The notes beneath the pieces were generated by a model. It did not search any database. It was given only the letters and a program-made list of their open reading frames with translations, and was not told the origin of the DNA. Shown here in pieces: positions 1-7,957 of a DNA stretch of 64,000 nt. Position 1 is the first letter of the stretch. Each line of letters begins with the position of its first letter. Source of the DNA: Patescibacteria group bacterium. Lineage in GTDB: Bacteria; Patescibacteriota; Minisyncoccia; Phycocordibacterales; Phycocordibacteraceae. The translations under genes and the position numbers were made by a program. Location of the stretch: positions 307,026-371,025 of the forward strand of contig JAZJYZ010000001.1 of NCBI GenBank assembly GCA_040390125.1, in the 5' to 3' direction.

Positions 1-357
1 GAGAATGTCTCGAATGCACGTGCAAAAGCGATGGGTGCATCATCCGTTTCGGATCACGCACAGGCAGAAAACATGCTCACAGGAGCCTTGAAGAGTATCT
101 TCGCAATCGCAGAAGCGTATCCAGATTTGAAAGCCAATCAAAACTTCTTGGAACTTCAGCGTGAACTTTCTGACACTGAAAATAAAGTCATGGCATCTCG
201 TCGTTTCTACAATGCGAATGTTATGAGTCTCAACACTGCAATAGAGCAATTCCCAGGCAATCTCATTGCAGGTCCTTTCAAGTTTACCCAAATGGAACTC
301 TTCGAGCTCGCCGAAGGCGAGCAAGCTGCCCGCCAGCCTGTCGCAGTAAAGTTCTAA
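1..357 (+). CDS. lemA: LemA family protein, C-terminal part (5' end lies outside window)
   Basis: Frame is open from nt 1. Translation ENVSNARAKA...FYNANVMSLNTAIEQFPGNLIAGPFKF matches the LemA C-terminal region. It is followed by htpX, as in the common lemA-htpX pairing. Confidence 0.7.
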   Translation, partial: ENVSNARAKAMGASSVSDHAQAENMLTGALKSIFAIAEAYPDLKANQNFLELQRELSDTENKVMASRRFYNANVMSLNTAIEQFPGNLIAGPFKFTQMELFELAEGEQAARQPVAVKF

Positions 358-441
358 AGAGCAGGTTTCGGCTTTCGGCTTTCGGCTTTCGGCTTTTCAG
401 AAAGCTAGAACCTAGAACCTGAAAGCTGTAAGCTAATTAGT

Positions 442-1329
442 ATGTCCACCCTCTACCAAGATCAAGCATCGAATATCCGAAAGACATGGCTTCTCATGGG
501 TGTTTTCCTTATAGCCGTAATCGGCATCGGTTGGGGAGTTTCTTGGTATTACGACTCGCCAGCGATTCTCTACGTGGCGGTGGCTTTCTCGATTGTGATG
601 AACGTCGGTTCCTACTGGTTTTCGGATCGTGTAGTGCTCTCGATGACGCATGCAAAACCCGCTACTCGTGAGGAATTTTTTGACTTCTATACCGTTACCG
701 AGAATCTTGCCATCACGGCAGGGCTTCCATCGCCAAAACTGTACGTTATCAACGACCCCGCACCGAATGCTTTTGCAACCGGCAGGAACGAAAAGCATGC
801 CGTCGTCGCTGCGACGACGGGGCTGCTCTCGATGCTCACCCGTGCCGAGCTTGAGGGCGTCATCGGCCACGAGCTTTCTCACATTAAAAATAAAGACATG
901 CTTCTTATGACCGTGACGGTGGTCTTGGCTGGCTTTATTGCCATTCTCGCTGACATGTTTATACGGATGTCGTTTTTTGGTGGAGGGAATCGTGATAACG
1001 ACAGCAAGGCAGGAGTTATTATGGCGATCATCGGCATCGTTGCCGTGATTTTGGCTCCGATTGCAGCACAGCTCATCAAGATGGCGGTGTCGAGGAAGCG
1101 TGAGTTTCTTGCGGATGCATCTGGTGCACTTCTTACTCGCTACCCCGAAGGCTTAGCTTCAGCACTTCAGAAAATTAGCTCCTACGGTGCTCCAATGCGA
1201 AACGCAAATACGGCAACAGCACATCTTTTTATCGCAAACCCATTTGGTGCAGGTGCAATGAAAGGCGTTACCAAATTGTTTATGACGCACCCACCAGTAG
1301 AAGAGCGAATCAAGGCACTTCTCGATTGA
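442..1329 (+). CDS. htpX: M48-family zinc metalloprotease HtpX
   Basis: 295 aa with N-terminal TM helices, a HELSHIKNKD (HExxH) motif, additional TM helices and a conserved C-terminal region typical of HtpX. Confidence 0.85.
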   Translation: MSTLYQDQASNIRKTWLLMGVFLIAVIGIGWGVSWYYDSPAILYVAVAFSIVMNVGSYWFSDRVVLSMTHAKPATREEFFDFYTVTENLAITAGLPSPKLYVINDPAPNAFATGRNEKHAVVAATTGLLSMLTRAELEGVIGHELSHIKNKDMLLMTVTVVLAGFIAILADMFIRMSFFGGGNRDNDSKAGVIMAIIGIVAVILAPIAAQLIKMAVSRKREFLADASGALLTRYPEGLASALQKISSYGAPMRNANTATAHLFIANPFGAGAMKGVTKLFMTHPPVEERIKALLD

Positions 1330-1358
1330 GTTCCTTGATACCGTTTAGAGTTTTAAAT

Positions 1359-1382
1359 TGTGCAACACCTAGGTGTTGCACA
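1359..1382. repeat. 24-bp perfect palindrome TGTGCAACACC-TAG-GTGTTGCACA; a second copy is at 35743-35766
   Basis: The inverted repeat is read directly from the sequence. A near-identical palindrome (TGTGCAACATCCGGATGTTGCACA) occurs at 35743-35766. Confidence 0.6.
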
Positions 1383-1463
1383 GAAAGGGAGTTGATACAA
1401 AAAATACCCCTATGGGGCTTTGGTGCATACGAAAGGTGACCCTAAGGCTTTACTGCCTATAGG

Positions 1464-1598
1464 TTAAAAACCTACTAATTTTTTTAAAAGCTCTACAGCC
1501 ACCCCGGCTCCGATGTTGAGTCCCAGACTTTCTAGAATCGCACCGACTCCAGCGACTCCGACTGCACCCGCTGCCAATTTTTCTTTTTCAAATGCCAT
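1464..1598 (-). CDS. Tiny glycine-rich peptide ORF (44 aa, MAFEKEKLAAGAVGVAGVGAILESLGLNIGAGVAVELLKKLVGF)
   Basis: ATG-to-TAA ORF found by manual translation; it is below the ORF-track cutoff. A conserved ~35-nt upstream block is shared with the paralogous ORF at 1757-1912. Neither ORF has a recognised homolog. Confidence 0.25.
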   Translation of the reverse strand: MAFEKEKLAAGAVGVAGVGAILESLGLNIGAGVAVELLKKLVGF

Positions 1599-1756
1599 AG
1601 AGGTGAAAAATGAGCGTTAATAAAGTTCGACCCTTCACTCATTAAACTTCTATGAAGACAGGGAAGTTTCTTTTCTAAAATAAAAAATTCCCAGTCGGGA
1701 ACGTTAGTTGCACACACAACAAGCGAGTGCACCCGCTTGTTGTGCTGGATCGGTAG

Positions 1757-1912
1757 CTATGATCCGTGCTTCTCTCCGCCTATGAAACCGGAGGCGAAAG
1801 GAGCAATAGTCCAATGACCTGCTGTCTTTCCTCCCTCTGTGCTCCTACCGCTTGCGTATCCAAGACCACTTCGAACGCCCACTTCGCTCAAACTTCTTTC
1901 AAAGGATGCCAT
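1757..1912 (-). CDS. Tiny peptide ORF (51 aa, MASFERSLSEVGVRSGLGYASGRSTEGGKTAGHW...)
   Basis: Found by manual translation. Shares the MA(S)FE start and a conserved upstream block (cttcatagaagtttaat..ggtcgaa.ttt) with the 1464-1598 ORF. A 10-bp-stem hairpin at 1716-1745 lies immediately downstream. Confidence 0.25.
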   Translation of the reverse strand: MASFERSLSEVGVRSGLGYASGRSTEGGKTAGHWTIAPFASGFIGGEKHGS

Positions 1913-1994
1913 AGGGTTTTAAAATTTATTTTTTTATAAAATTTCGACCTTTCCATTATTAAACTTCTATGAAGCTCCATAGGTTACGAAAACG

Positions 1995-2201
1995 TTACCC
2001 GAAGGCAAGGTTAGGCTCCGTATTCTGCGGAAGTAAAGTTTCTTCTAGCCGTTCTTCTATTTCTCGAATCACCTCGTGTGCAACTCGTATTTCTACAACT
2101 AGCTTTCTAAAAACTACTTTTCCTTTTTCTGCAAGTTTGCGAGCTTTAGCTGTTGCTCGTCCTTCAGGTTTTTTCCTCAGCTCATGTCGCAGTAATCCCA
2201 T
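1995..2201 (-). CDS. Hypothetical basic/coiled small protein (68 aa)
   Basis: ORF with protein-like composition (RHELRKKPEGRATAKARKLAEKGK...EIEERLEE). The overlapping plus-strand ORF 1969-2274 is Ser/Arg-rich and low-complexity, so it is less plausible. Confidence 0.35.
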   Translation of the reverse strand: MGLLRHELRKKPEGRATAKARKLAEKGKVVFRKLVVEIRVAHEVIREIEERLEETLLPQNTEPNLAFG

Positions 2202-2480
2202 AGGAATGCAGATGCCTTTTACTATCCATCGCTTCGTTTTTTTGCTCGCTGTACTTCACCTAAAAAACCTATAGCGTCACTTCTGTGTCTTCTTGCGATG
2301 CTTTCTGATCGCCCAAGAATGTTGGCCGCTTCGCTGATTAGCGCTCGAACACGTCTCTTGTCTGCACCTCCTTCCATATGTACGTATTTTTTAAGCTAAT
2401 AAAACGATCTCTCTCTCGCTTATATAACTTTAGTAAAAGCATCACGGTTTCAAATATGTTATATAGAAGAACACGAGCTA

Positions 2481-2565
2481 GGAGGCGTCGGATAGCGGTT
2501 TATTCCACCACCTTGGAAAGGTGGCGTACCGAAAGGTACCGAGAGTTCGAATCTCTCCGCCTCCG
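2481..2565 (+). tRNA. tRNA-Ser (anticodon GGA), class II, no encoded CCA
   Basis: Acceptor GGAGGCG/CGCCTCC. Anticodon stem CCACC/GGTGG with loop TTGGAAA. Long variable arm GTACC-GAAA-GGTAC. T-arm GAGAG-TTCGAAT-CTCTC. Discriminator G. Confidence 0.9.
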
Positions 2566-2569
2566 CAAA

Positions 2570-2743
2570 ATAATGAGCCAAATGTGTGGACATTGGGCAA
2601 TTATATTTTTGCGAGAAGGCGGAGAGATTCGAATGGGAGTGCCGCAGTTTCCGCCGAGCACGGCGGACGGCACGAGCGTGGTCAGGCGGAGAGAGGAGCT
2701 GGCGACGAACGAGCGCTTGACCGAATCTCTCCGCCTCCGCAAA
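2570..2743 (+). mobile_element. tRNA-Ser-associated miniature element: ~155-bp insert bounded by a 21-nt direct repeat of the tRNA 3' end (2549-2569 and 2723-2743), with an inverted T-arm/acceptor copy at 2617-2631
   Basis: Exact 21-nt direct repeat gaatctctccgcctccgcaaa. The inverted copy 2617-2631 forms a perfect 15-bp helix with 2722-2736. An internal hairpin GTGCCG-(CAGTTT)-CCGCCG-AGCA-CGGCGG-A-CGGCAC is present. The same architecture recurs at four other tRNAs in this window. Confidence 0.45.
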
Positions 2744-2745
2744 GT

Positions 2746-2775
2746 AAAAACCGCCCTGCATGCAGGGCGGTTTTT
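2746..2775. terminator. Bidirectional rho-independent terminator (AAAAACCGCCCTGCA/TGCAGGGCGGTTTTT)
   Basis: A perfect GC-rich 13-bp stem flanked by an A-run and a T-run. It sits between the plus-strand tRNA-Ser locus and a minus-strand small ORF. Confidence 0.75.
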
Positions 2776-2794
2776 ACTTAAGGCACCGAGGGAG

Positions 2795-2962
2795 CTAGCC
2801 CAAAGCCTGCATGACGATCCAGAATGCTCCAGCCGTCAGTACAAACCATACGCCGAGACCAACAGGGGAGCCCCACGAAAACCAGGAGCCCCAACTTCGC
2901 CAATTGCGCATATGGTCGCGCATGAAGTCTTTTTCCTCGTCAGAATTCATTGATTCAACCAT
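2795..2962 (-). CDS. Hypothetical small membrane protein (55 aa, MVESMNSDEEKDFMRDHMRNWRSWGSWFSWGSPVGLGVWFVLTAGAFWIVMQALG)
   Basis: ORF found by manual translation; it is below the ORF-track cutoff. It has a C-terminal hydrophobic helix and ends just before the bidirectional terminator. Confidence 0.3.
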   Translation of the reverse strand: MVESMNSDEEKDFMRDHMRNWRSWGSWFSWGSPVGLGVWFVLTAGAFWIVMQALG

Positions 2963-3134
2963 AGAATTTGTTGATTAATAATGTGTACATTCGACCAGCT
3001 CTTTTGCGGGCAACCATCGCTCCTTGATGCAGGCCGAGCGGGCGTGCGGAGACAGTAAAGATGGGTTTATCGCTGATATTTAGTATACAACATTGTCGCT
3101 TTTCGAAAAATAACCCCTGCGGTATAATTGCATT

Positions 3135-3575
3135 ATGGCAATAATCAATCCTCATATTAACTTCAACGGCAATGCTGAAGAAGCATTCAATTTTTATAAA
3201 TCAGTCTTTGGGGGAGCGTTTGCAAATATTACACGCTTCAAAGACTTATCTAGTCCTGAATTCCCGGTAGCCGAAAGCGAGGCAAATAAAATAATGCACA
3301 TTGCTCTGCCAATCTATAAAAGTCATGTGCTAATGGGCAATGACGTTCCAGAAAGCATGGGGCGAACAAATGAAAACGAAAACAGATCTAAAATAATTAT
3401 TAGTGCAGAGAGTCGTGAAGAAGCCAGTAAATTATTCAACGGTCTTTCTGAGGGCGGAAAAATTGAAATGCCAATGGCTGACAGTCCTTGGGGTTCCTAT
3501 TTTGGAATGTTTAGAGACAAATATGGTATTGAATGGATGGTAGATTTTGATCCAAAATATAACGGGCAAAAGTAA
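3135..3575 (+). CDS. VOC/glyoxalase-superfamily protein, PhnB/YjdN-like (3-demethylubiquinone-9 3-methyltransferase domain)
   Basis: 146 aa. The motifs FNGNAEEAFNFYKSVFGG and MHIALPI...GND match the PhnB-like family. Confidence 0.65.
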   Translation: MAIINPHINFNGNAEEAFNFYKSVFGGAFANITRFKDLSSPEFPVAESEANKIMHIALPIYKSHVLMGNDVPESMGRTNENENRSKIIISAESREEASKLFNGLSEGGKIEMPMADSPWGSYFGMFRDKYGIEWMVDFDPKYNGQK

Positions 3576-3595
3576 ACTACTGAGGGGTTAGTTTT

Positions 3596-3799
3596 TTATT
3601 TCTTGTACTCCAAAATATCTCCCGGCTGACACTCCAATGCTTTGCAAATCGCTTCAAGCGTAGACAGTCGGACAGCTCTAGCTTTCCCGTTTTTCAAGAC
3701 GGAAATGTTGGCCATAGTGATGCCGACTTTCTCGGCAAGCTCGGTGACGCTCATTTTCCGCTTCGCCAGCATCACGTCGATGTTAATGATGATTGCCAT
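3596..3799 (-). CDS. XRE-family HTH transcriptional regulator (YozG-like)
   Basis: 67 aa containing an HTH (MSVTELAEKVGITMANISVLKNGK). It lies immediately downstream of a DUF2975 membrane protein, which is the canonical pairing. Confidence 0.85.
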   Translation of the reverse strand: MAIIINIDVMLAKRKMSVTELAEKVGITMANISVLKNGKARAVRLSTLEAICKALECQPGDILEYKK

Positions 3800-3804
3800 G
3801 ATGG

Positions 3805-4305
3805 TTAGACAGTTAAGTCGTTCTCGGCTTTTATATCCACTGCACTCTGCAAGATCCTCTCAAACATCGCCGCCGCCGCGGCAATGATTATAGAAGCGAA
3901 AATAATAAAAACACCTACCGCAACACCACCTGCCGCATCATCATTCCCATGGTTGAGCATTATGAAAATTTCTCCCCCCACAACAAAAGCAATAATGACT
4001 GTCGCGCAGTATTTTATAGTGCGGATAGTTTTCACAGCTTCTGATGAGAATATCTTATTTTGTCTGACGTATCCCAACACTTTAAATGCCCCATACAGTG
4101 CAAGAAATAATGGGATGGACGCAATATACGCATACACCAAGAATGGATCGTCGAAGTAAATTTCAAAAACGCTAGTGGCGTTCGCGTTGACACCCTCGAT
4201 GTGAGGTTCCCATAAGAGGAGAGCAAGAGCGCCGACGCCCAAAGCCACAATGACTACCTGAAGAAATATTGTCGAACCCTTTTTCATATGATTTAACGAA
4301 ATCAT
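3805..4305 (-). CDS. DUF2975-like membrane protein
   Basis: 166 aa with 4 predicted TM helices. It forms an operon with the downstream XRE regulator (6-nt gap). Confidence 0.55.
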   Translation of the reverse strand: MISLNHMKKGSTIFLQVVIVALGVGALALLLWEPHIEGVNANATSVFEIYFDDPFLVYAYIASIPLFLALYGAFKVLGYVRQNKIFSSEAVKTIRTIKYCATVIIAFVVGGEIFIMLNHGNDDAAGGVAVGVFIIFASIIIAAAAAMFERILQSAVDIKAENDLTV

Positions 4306-4480
4306 GTCGGTGCAACTGATCCTACGGGATCATGTCGCGTATCGTCCCTAAGACGCGACGCGAGCACCGACTGCTATTAATTATTCATAACCCCATCCTA
4401 ATTTAGGGTTTATCGTTTGTCAATATATATTTATCGTTATTTTTAACCTATATTCAGTGATGTTGGAGTGACGTCGAGAG

Positions 4481-5149
4481 CTAAATTTCTGCCATGTGCT
4501 CAGAATCACTCGCAAGGAGATCACGGTAAAAGTCGAACAATCGTTGTGTCTTAGCGTCTACTCGTATTTCCAGATTATGATTGAAATCGCTATGTTGTAA
4601 TCCGGGTATGTTGATATTTTGGGCATGAGGCACTCGGGTACGGCCTAGTCCTGCATACAGCATCACATTTGCCAGTCGCTGGTAGCTATCAGCGTCGGAG
4701 AAAACATTTATTACTCGAACAGAAGGTGGCACTTTTCTTTCGAATCTGAAATGCGGTGTTGCCACATACACGAGTAATTTTATAGGCAGGTGTGTATTTT
4801 GAGCCACTTTTGCGGCAACGGCTCCCCCGAGGCTTTTCGTGAATAAGAATATTTCTCGATCCGTATAGTGTAAGAGAACCCGTTCAAGTTCCTGTGCGGC
4901 TGTATGTATCGCAAATGGCGAGATACCGCCTGACCAATGGAACACCAAGGTTTCGGCGGGGATAGCCCTAAAACTCGTCTCCAGTGCTGGTAACCATGCA
5001 TCTTCTTCTACCTCTACTCCAAAGTGGGAATAGAATTTTTCTAATACCGCACTCAGTACAGGTATGCGACTTAACTTAGTCTTAGATCCAGGGACGATGA
5101 TTATGAGTTTTTTATTTGGCATGATCTGACTTGATTGTAGCAAGTGCAC
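4481..5149 (-). CDS. alpha/beta-hydrolase-fold protein (hypothetical)
   Basis: 222 aa with a nucleophile-elbow-like FTKSLGG and conserved His/Asp candidates. No closer assignment is possible. Confidence 0.45.
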   Translation of the reverse strand: MHLLQSSQIMPNKKLIIIVPGSKTKLSRIPVLSAVLEKFYSHFGVEVEEDAWLPALETSFRAIPAETLVFHWSGGISPFAIHTAAQELERVLLHYTDREIFLFTKSLGGAVAAKVAQNTHLPIKLLVYVATPHFRFERKVPPSVRVINVFSDADSYQRLANVMLYAGLGRTRVPHAQNINIPGLQHSDFNHNLEIRVDAKTQRLFDFYRDLLASDSEHMAEI

Positions 5150-5249
5150 CCGTATTTAGATTTGGGTATGACCATATCGATGTCTCGCTCGCTCAGAATC
5201 CGCATCAAAAAACAGTGCCCTAATGTGTCGAGCTTGATAGGCTGTATGT

Positions 5250-6389
5250 ATGGGCTTATTTAGCCGGCACCTTGCGAGTCATTTTTTTGGTCTTGCTGGA
5301 GCGCTATTTGTAAATCGTAGCGAGTCGAAGGTATTACCCTACACGTTACCGCCAATTTTAGGTTCGATAACGGAGGAAGAAGTGCGTGCATTGTTTCAGT
5401 ACGAAGTGTATGGGGTAATGCCGGAAACATTGCCGGATATGAGTGCAGGAGTTGTTGAGGAAGGGGAAGCTTTTAATGGCACTGCGAGCAGAAAACAAAT
5501 AGCCCTGACTTTATCTCGAGGCGGTAGGTCGGCGACACTTAATCTTCTCATTTACATACCTAAAGGGATGAAATCCTATCCGGCAATTCTCGCTTCGAAC
5601 TTTGATGGAAACTATTCCGTTTCTTCTGACGGAGCGGTGCTCGCGACACCGGTGTGGTCGAGGCGTTTCGCCGGGACGAAACGAGTGTTTCATGAAAGGA
5701 ACAGAAACAAACACGCAAATCGACTACCGGTTGAGGTCATATTGGAGCAGGGATATGCAGTGGTGACATTTTGTTATGGCGACGCAGATCCTGATTATGA
5801 TGATGGTTTTAAAAACGGAGTACATGCACTCTATCCAGAGCTCCAAAGTAGGGAAGATAATTGGGCGTCTGTAGGAGCCTGGGCGTGGAGTTTTTCTCGT
5901 GTGCTCGATTTTTTACAAACCGAAAAAGAAATTGATGCAAATCGAGTAGCGCTATACGGATTTTCGCGTCTTGGAAAAGCATCTCTGTGGGCGGGAGCAT
6001 GTGATTCAAGATTTGGGGCAATCCTATGTGAAGGGTCAGGTAAGGGAGGTGTGTCGCTTTCACGTCGAAATTTTGGTGAATCGCTACACCTTATCAATCT
6101 TCGTTTTCCGCACTGGTTTTCTAAGTCTTTCCACGGGTATGCACAAAGACCACAGAAACTTTTGGTAGATCAGCATATGCTCATGGCACTCATGGCACCT
6201 CGTCCGCTTCTTGTATCAGTTGGAAAAGATGACTGGTGGTCAGACCCTGAGGGTACGAAGCTCGCACTTCAAGCGGTTGAGGAGAAAGCAGGAAAGAGCA
6301 CATACCTCTATGAGCATGAAGGTACACATGAGCCTCGTCTGGTTGATTGGGGTCGGTATCTTGATTTTCTTGATGCCGAGATGTCTTAG
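5250..6389 (+). CDS. alpha/beta hydrolase, glucuronoyl-esterase-like (CE15-type G-x-S-R-x-G motif)
   Basis: 379 aa. GFSRLGK resembles the CE15 GCSRxGK catalytic motif. Length and position are consistent with a CE15 domain. Confidence 0.5.
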   Translation: MGLFSRHLASHFFGLAGALFVNRSESKVLPYTLPPILGSITEEEVRALFQYEVYGVMPETLPDMSAGVVEEGEAFNGTASRKQIALTLSRGGRSATLNLLIYIPKGMKSYPAILASNFDGNYSVSSDGAVLATPVWSRRFAGTKRVFHERNRNKHANRLPVEVILEQGYAVVTFCYGDADPDYDDGFKNGVHALYPELQSREDNWASVGAWAWSFSRVLDFLQTEKEIDANRVALYGFSRLGKASLWAGACDSRFGAILCEGSGKGGVSLSRRNFGESLHLINLRFPHWFSKSFHGYAQRPQKLLVDQHMLMALMAPRPLLVSVGKDDWWSDPEGTKLALQAVEEKAGKSTYLYEHEGTHEPRLVDWGRYLDFLDAEMS

Positions 6390-6517
6390 GTCAACAGCTG
6401 AACGGCGAGCACCACTAGTGCAACGACGAGAAGCGTATGAATAAAGCTACCTCCTACTTTAAAACTAAATCCAAAAAGCCAGAGGATAATTAATATAGCA
6501 GTAATGGTCCAGAGCAT
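6386..6517 (-). CDS. lmo0937-family small membrane protein (43 aa, MLWTITAILIILWLFGFSFKVGGSFIHTLLVVALVVLAVQLLT)
   Basis: Found by manual translation; it is below the ORF-track cutoff. Composition and length match the lmo0937/DUF5670 family. It has a 4-nt convergent overlap with the upstream gene. Confidence 0.5.
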   Translation of the reverse strand: MLWTITAILIILWLFGFSFKVGGSFIHTLLVVALVVLAVQLLT

Positions 6518-6569
6518 AGTTTTAGAATAATTATTATAACGTTATGTAAATTCCGTACGCTTTTTATTT

Positions 6570-7073
6570 TTATACAAAAAGTTTAAGTTTCTCGATTCCT
6601 CGATGTACTTGTACGGCAATAGTGTTTCTTGTCTGTCCCGTGAGATCTGAAATTTCTTTTAGCGACAGATCTTGTATGTAACGCATGCGAAGGATATTTC
6701 GGTAGGGTAGTGGAAGGCGTTGAATTAAAAGCAGTGCGGATTGTCCATCCAGAGCGTTCTGCATGTGCTCGGAGTCACCAGCACTTGGCTCGAACCCTTT
6801 TTCTAAAATAGCATCCAGAGATGTTGATTTGCGTTTTCGATATTCGTCAATGATTAAGTTATTGAGAATGTGATAAAGAAACGCCTTCATCACTTCAATG
6901 TTTCCACCCTTCACGAGATACTTCCATGTTTTCATAAAGGTGTCCTGCACTAAGTCTTGGCTCACTGCATGATCGCCTACTTTAAAAAATGCATGCGATG
7001 TAAGCCCCTTTTCGTAGTCGTGATGAGCAAGAGCGAGTGTCGCTTGCTGTGTTTGTTGTTTTAAGGTCATCAT
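6570..7073 (-). CDS. ECF (sigma-70 family) RNA polymerase sigma factor
   Basis: 167 aa. Region 2 (DLVQDTFMKTW) and region 4 (LPLPYRNILRMRYIQDLSLKEISDLTGQTRNTIAVQVHRG) are both recognisable. Confidence 0.85.
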   Translation of the reverse strand: MMTLKQQTQQATLALAHHDYEKGLTSHAFFKVGDHAVSQDLVQDTFMKTWKYLVKGGNIEVMKAFLYHILNNLIIDEYRKRKSTSLDAILEKGFEPSAGDSEHMQNALDGQSALLLIQRLPLPYRNILRMRYIQDLSLKEISDLTGQTRNTIAVQVHRGIEKLKLFV

Positions 7074-7285
7074 ACGTGAAATAAAACCGATAACTTTTCT
7101 TTCGTATTTTTATAAAAACAGTAACGACGACACCCTACAGATTTTCTGTGATGTCTTCGTAACTGTATGCATTACATCAGTCTTACGGTGAAGTTAGCAT
7201 GAAGCACATAATGCTGTGTCTACTTGGACAAAAGAGTCAGGTATCATGCGTCCAATTGCAATAATTCAATAGCCAGATCGGCTGT

Positions 7286-7867
7286 ATGATTATGAAAAGA
7301 AAAAATACTTCGAAGCAAGCTCTTCAATCAGAAGCAGGTTTTGTGAATACGGTATGGGAAAGTAGCTGGATCTATATCAAAGCTGTTGTTGATGTCGTAC
7401 GAGAGCCCGTATTAATTCTTGATACAGAGTTTCGAGTAATGACTGCAAATGAGTCTTTCTATCGAATGTTTCAGGTTGAACGAAGCGACACTGAAGGCAG
7501 GATCGTCTATGAACTTGGAAACGGCCAATGGAATATTCCCGCACTCCGTAAATTACTTGAGGATATCTTACCGCACAACACCTTTTTTAAAGGTTTTGAA
7601 GTTGTGCATGATTTTCCTTTCATCGGGCGCAAGATACTGATGCTGAATGCCCGTGAGATACATTCGACAGAAGATATAACAATAGGAACATTTCCTCCAA
7701 TCATATTGTTAGCTATGGAAGACGTGACAGAAATTATGGTGGTTGCCGAAACGTTTGCAAATCACGCCAATCAGGTTGGAGTAAAACTCACAGAACGTAC
7801 CGAAAGGCTGGAAGTTCATATTAGAAAGTTAGAAGCAGAGATTAGCGAGCTTAAAGCCCAGCTCTGA
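7286..7867 (+). CDS. PAS-domain protein with C-terminal coiled coil
   Basis: 193 aa. PAS-like core (REPVLILDTEFRVMTANESFYRMF ... ILMLNAREI). It is divergently transcribed from the ECF sigma gene. Confidence 0.55.
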   Translation: MIMKRKNTSKQALQSEAGFVNTVWESSWIYIKAVVDVVREPVLILDTEFRVMTANESFYRMFQVERSDTEGRIVYELGNGQWNIPALRKLLEDILPHNTFFKGFEVVHDFPFIGRKILMLNAREIHSTEDITIGTFPPIILLAMEDVTEIMVVAETFANHANQVGVKLTERTERLEVHIRKLEAEISELKAQL

Positions 7868-7957
7868 TAATGACTATTTGTATGGATCTGTAATGGAGGT
7901 ATCACTGTAACGTCTTGGTCTGCAGGCAGGTTTATTTTTTAAAAAAGTACGAGCTAT

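Noticed and set aside
1969-2274. 101-aa plus-strand ORF (Ser/Arg-rich)
   Set aside because: Low-complexity composition. The antisense 68-aa ORF (1995-2201) has more protein-like sequence. Neither is certain.
2612-2745. Possible SRP (4.5S) RNA downstream of tRNA-Ser
   Set aside because: It has a terminal helix and GC hairpins, but no convincing GNRA-capped helix 8 with the conserved symmetric and asymmetric loops. It is better explained as the tRNA-associated element with inverted and direct tRNA 3'-end copies.
2378-2953. 191-aa plus-strand ORF, and minus-strand ORFs 2459-2761 and 2500-2742, spanning the tRNA-Ser locus
   Set aside because: They overlap a canonical tRNA-Ser(GGA), its 3'-end repeat element and a strong terminator. 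Their translations are Arg/Pro-rich low-complexity. They are judged to be chance ORFs through GC-rich structured DNA.
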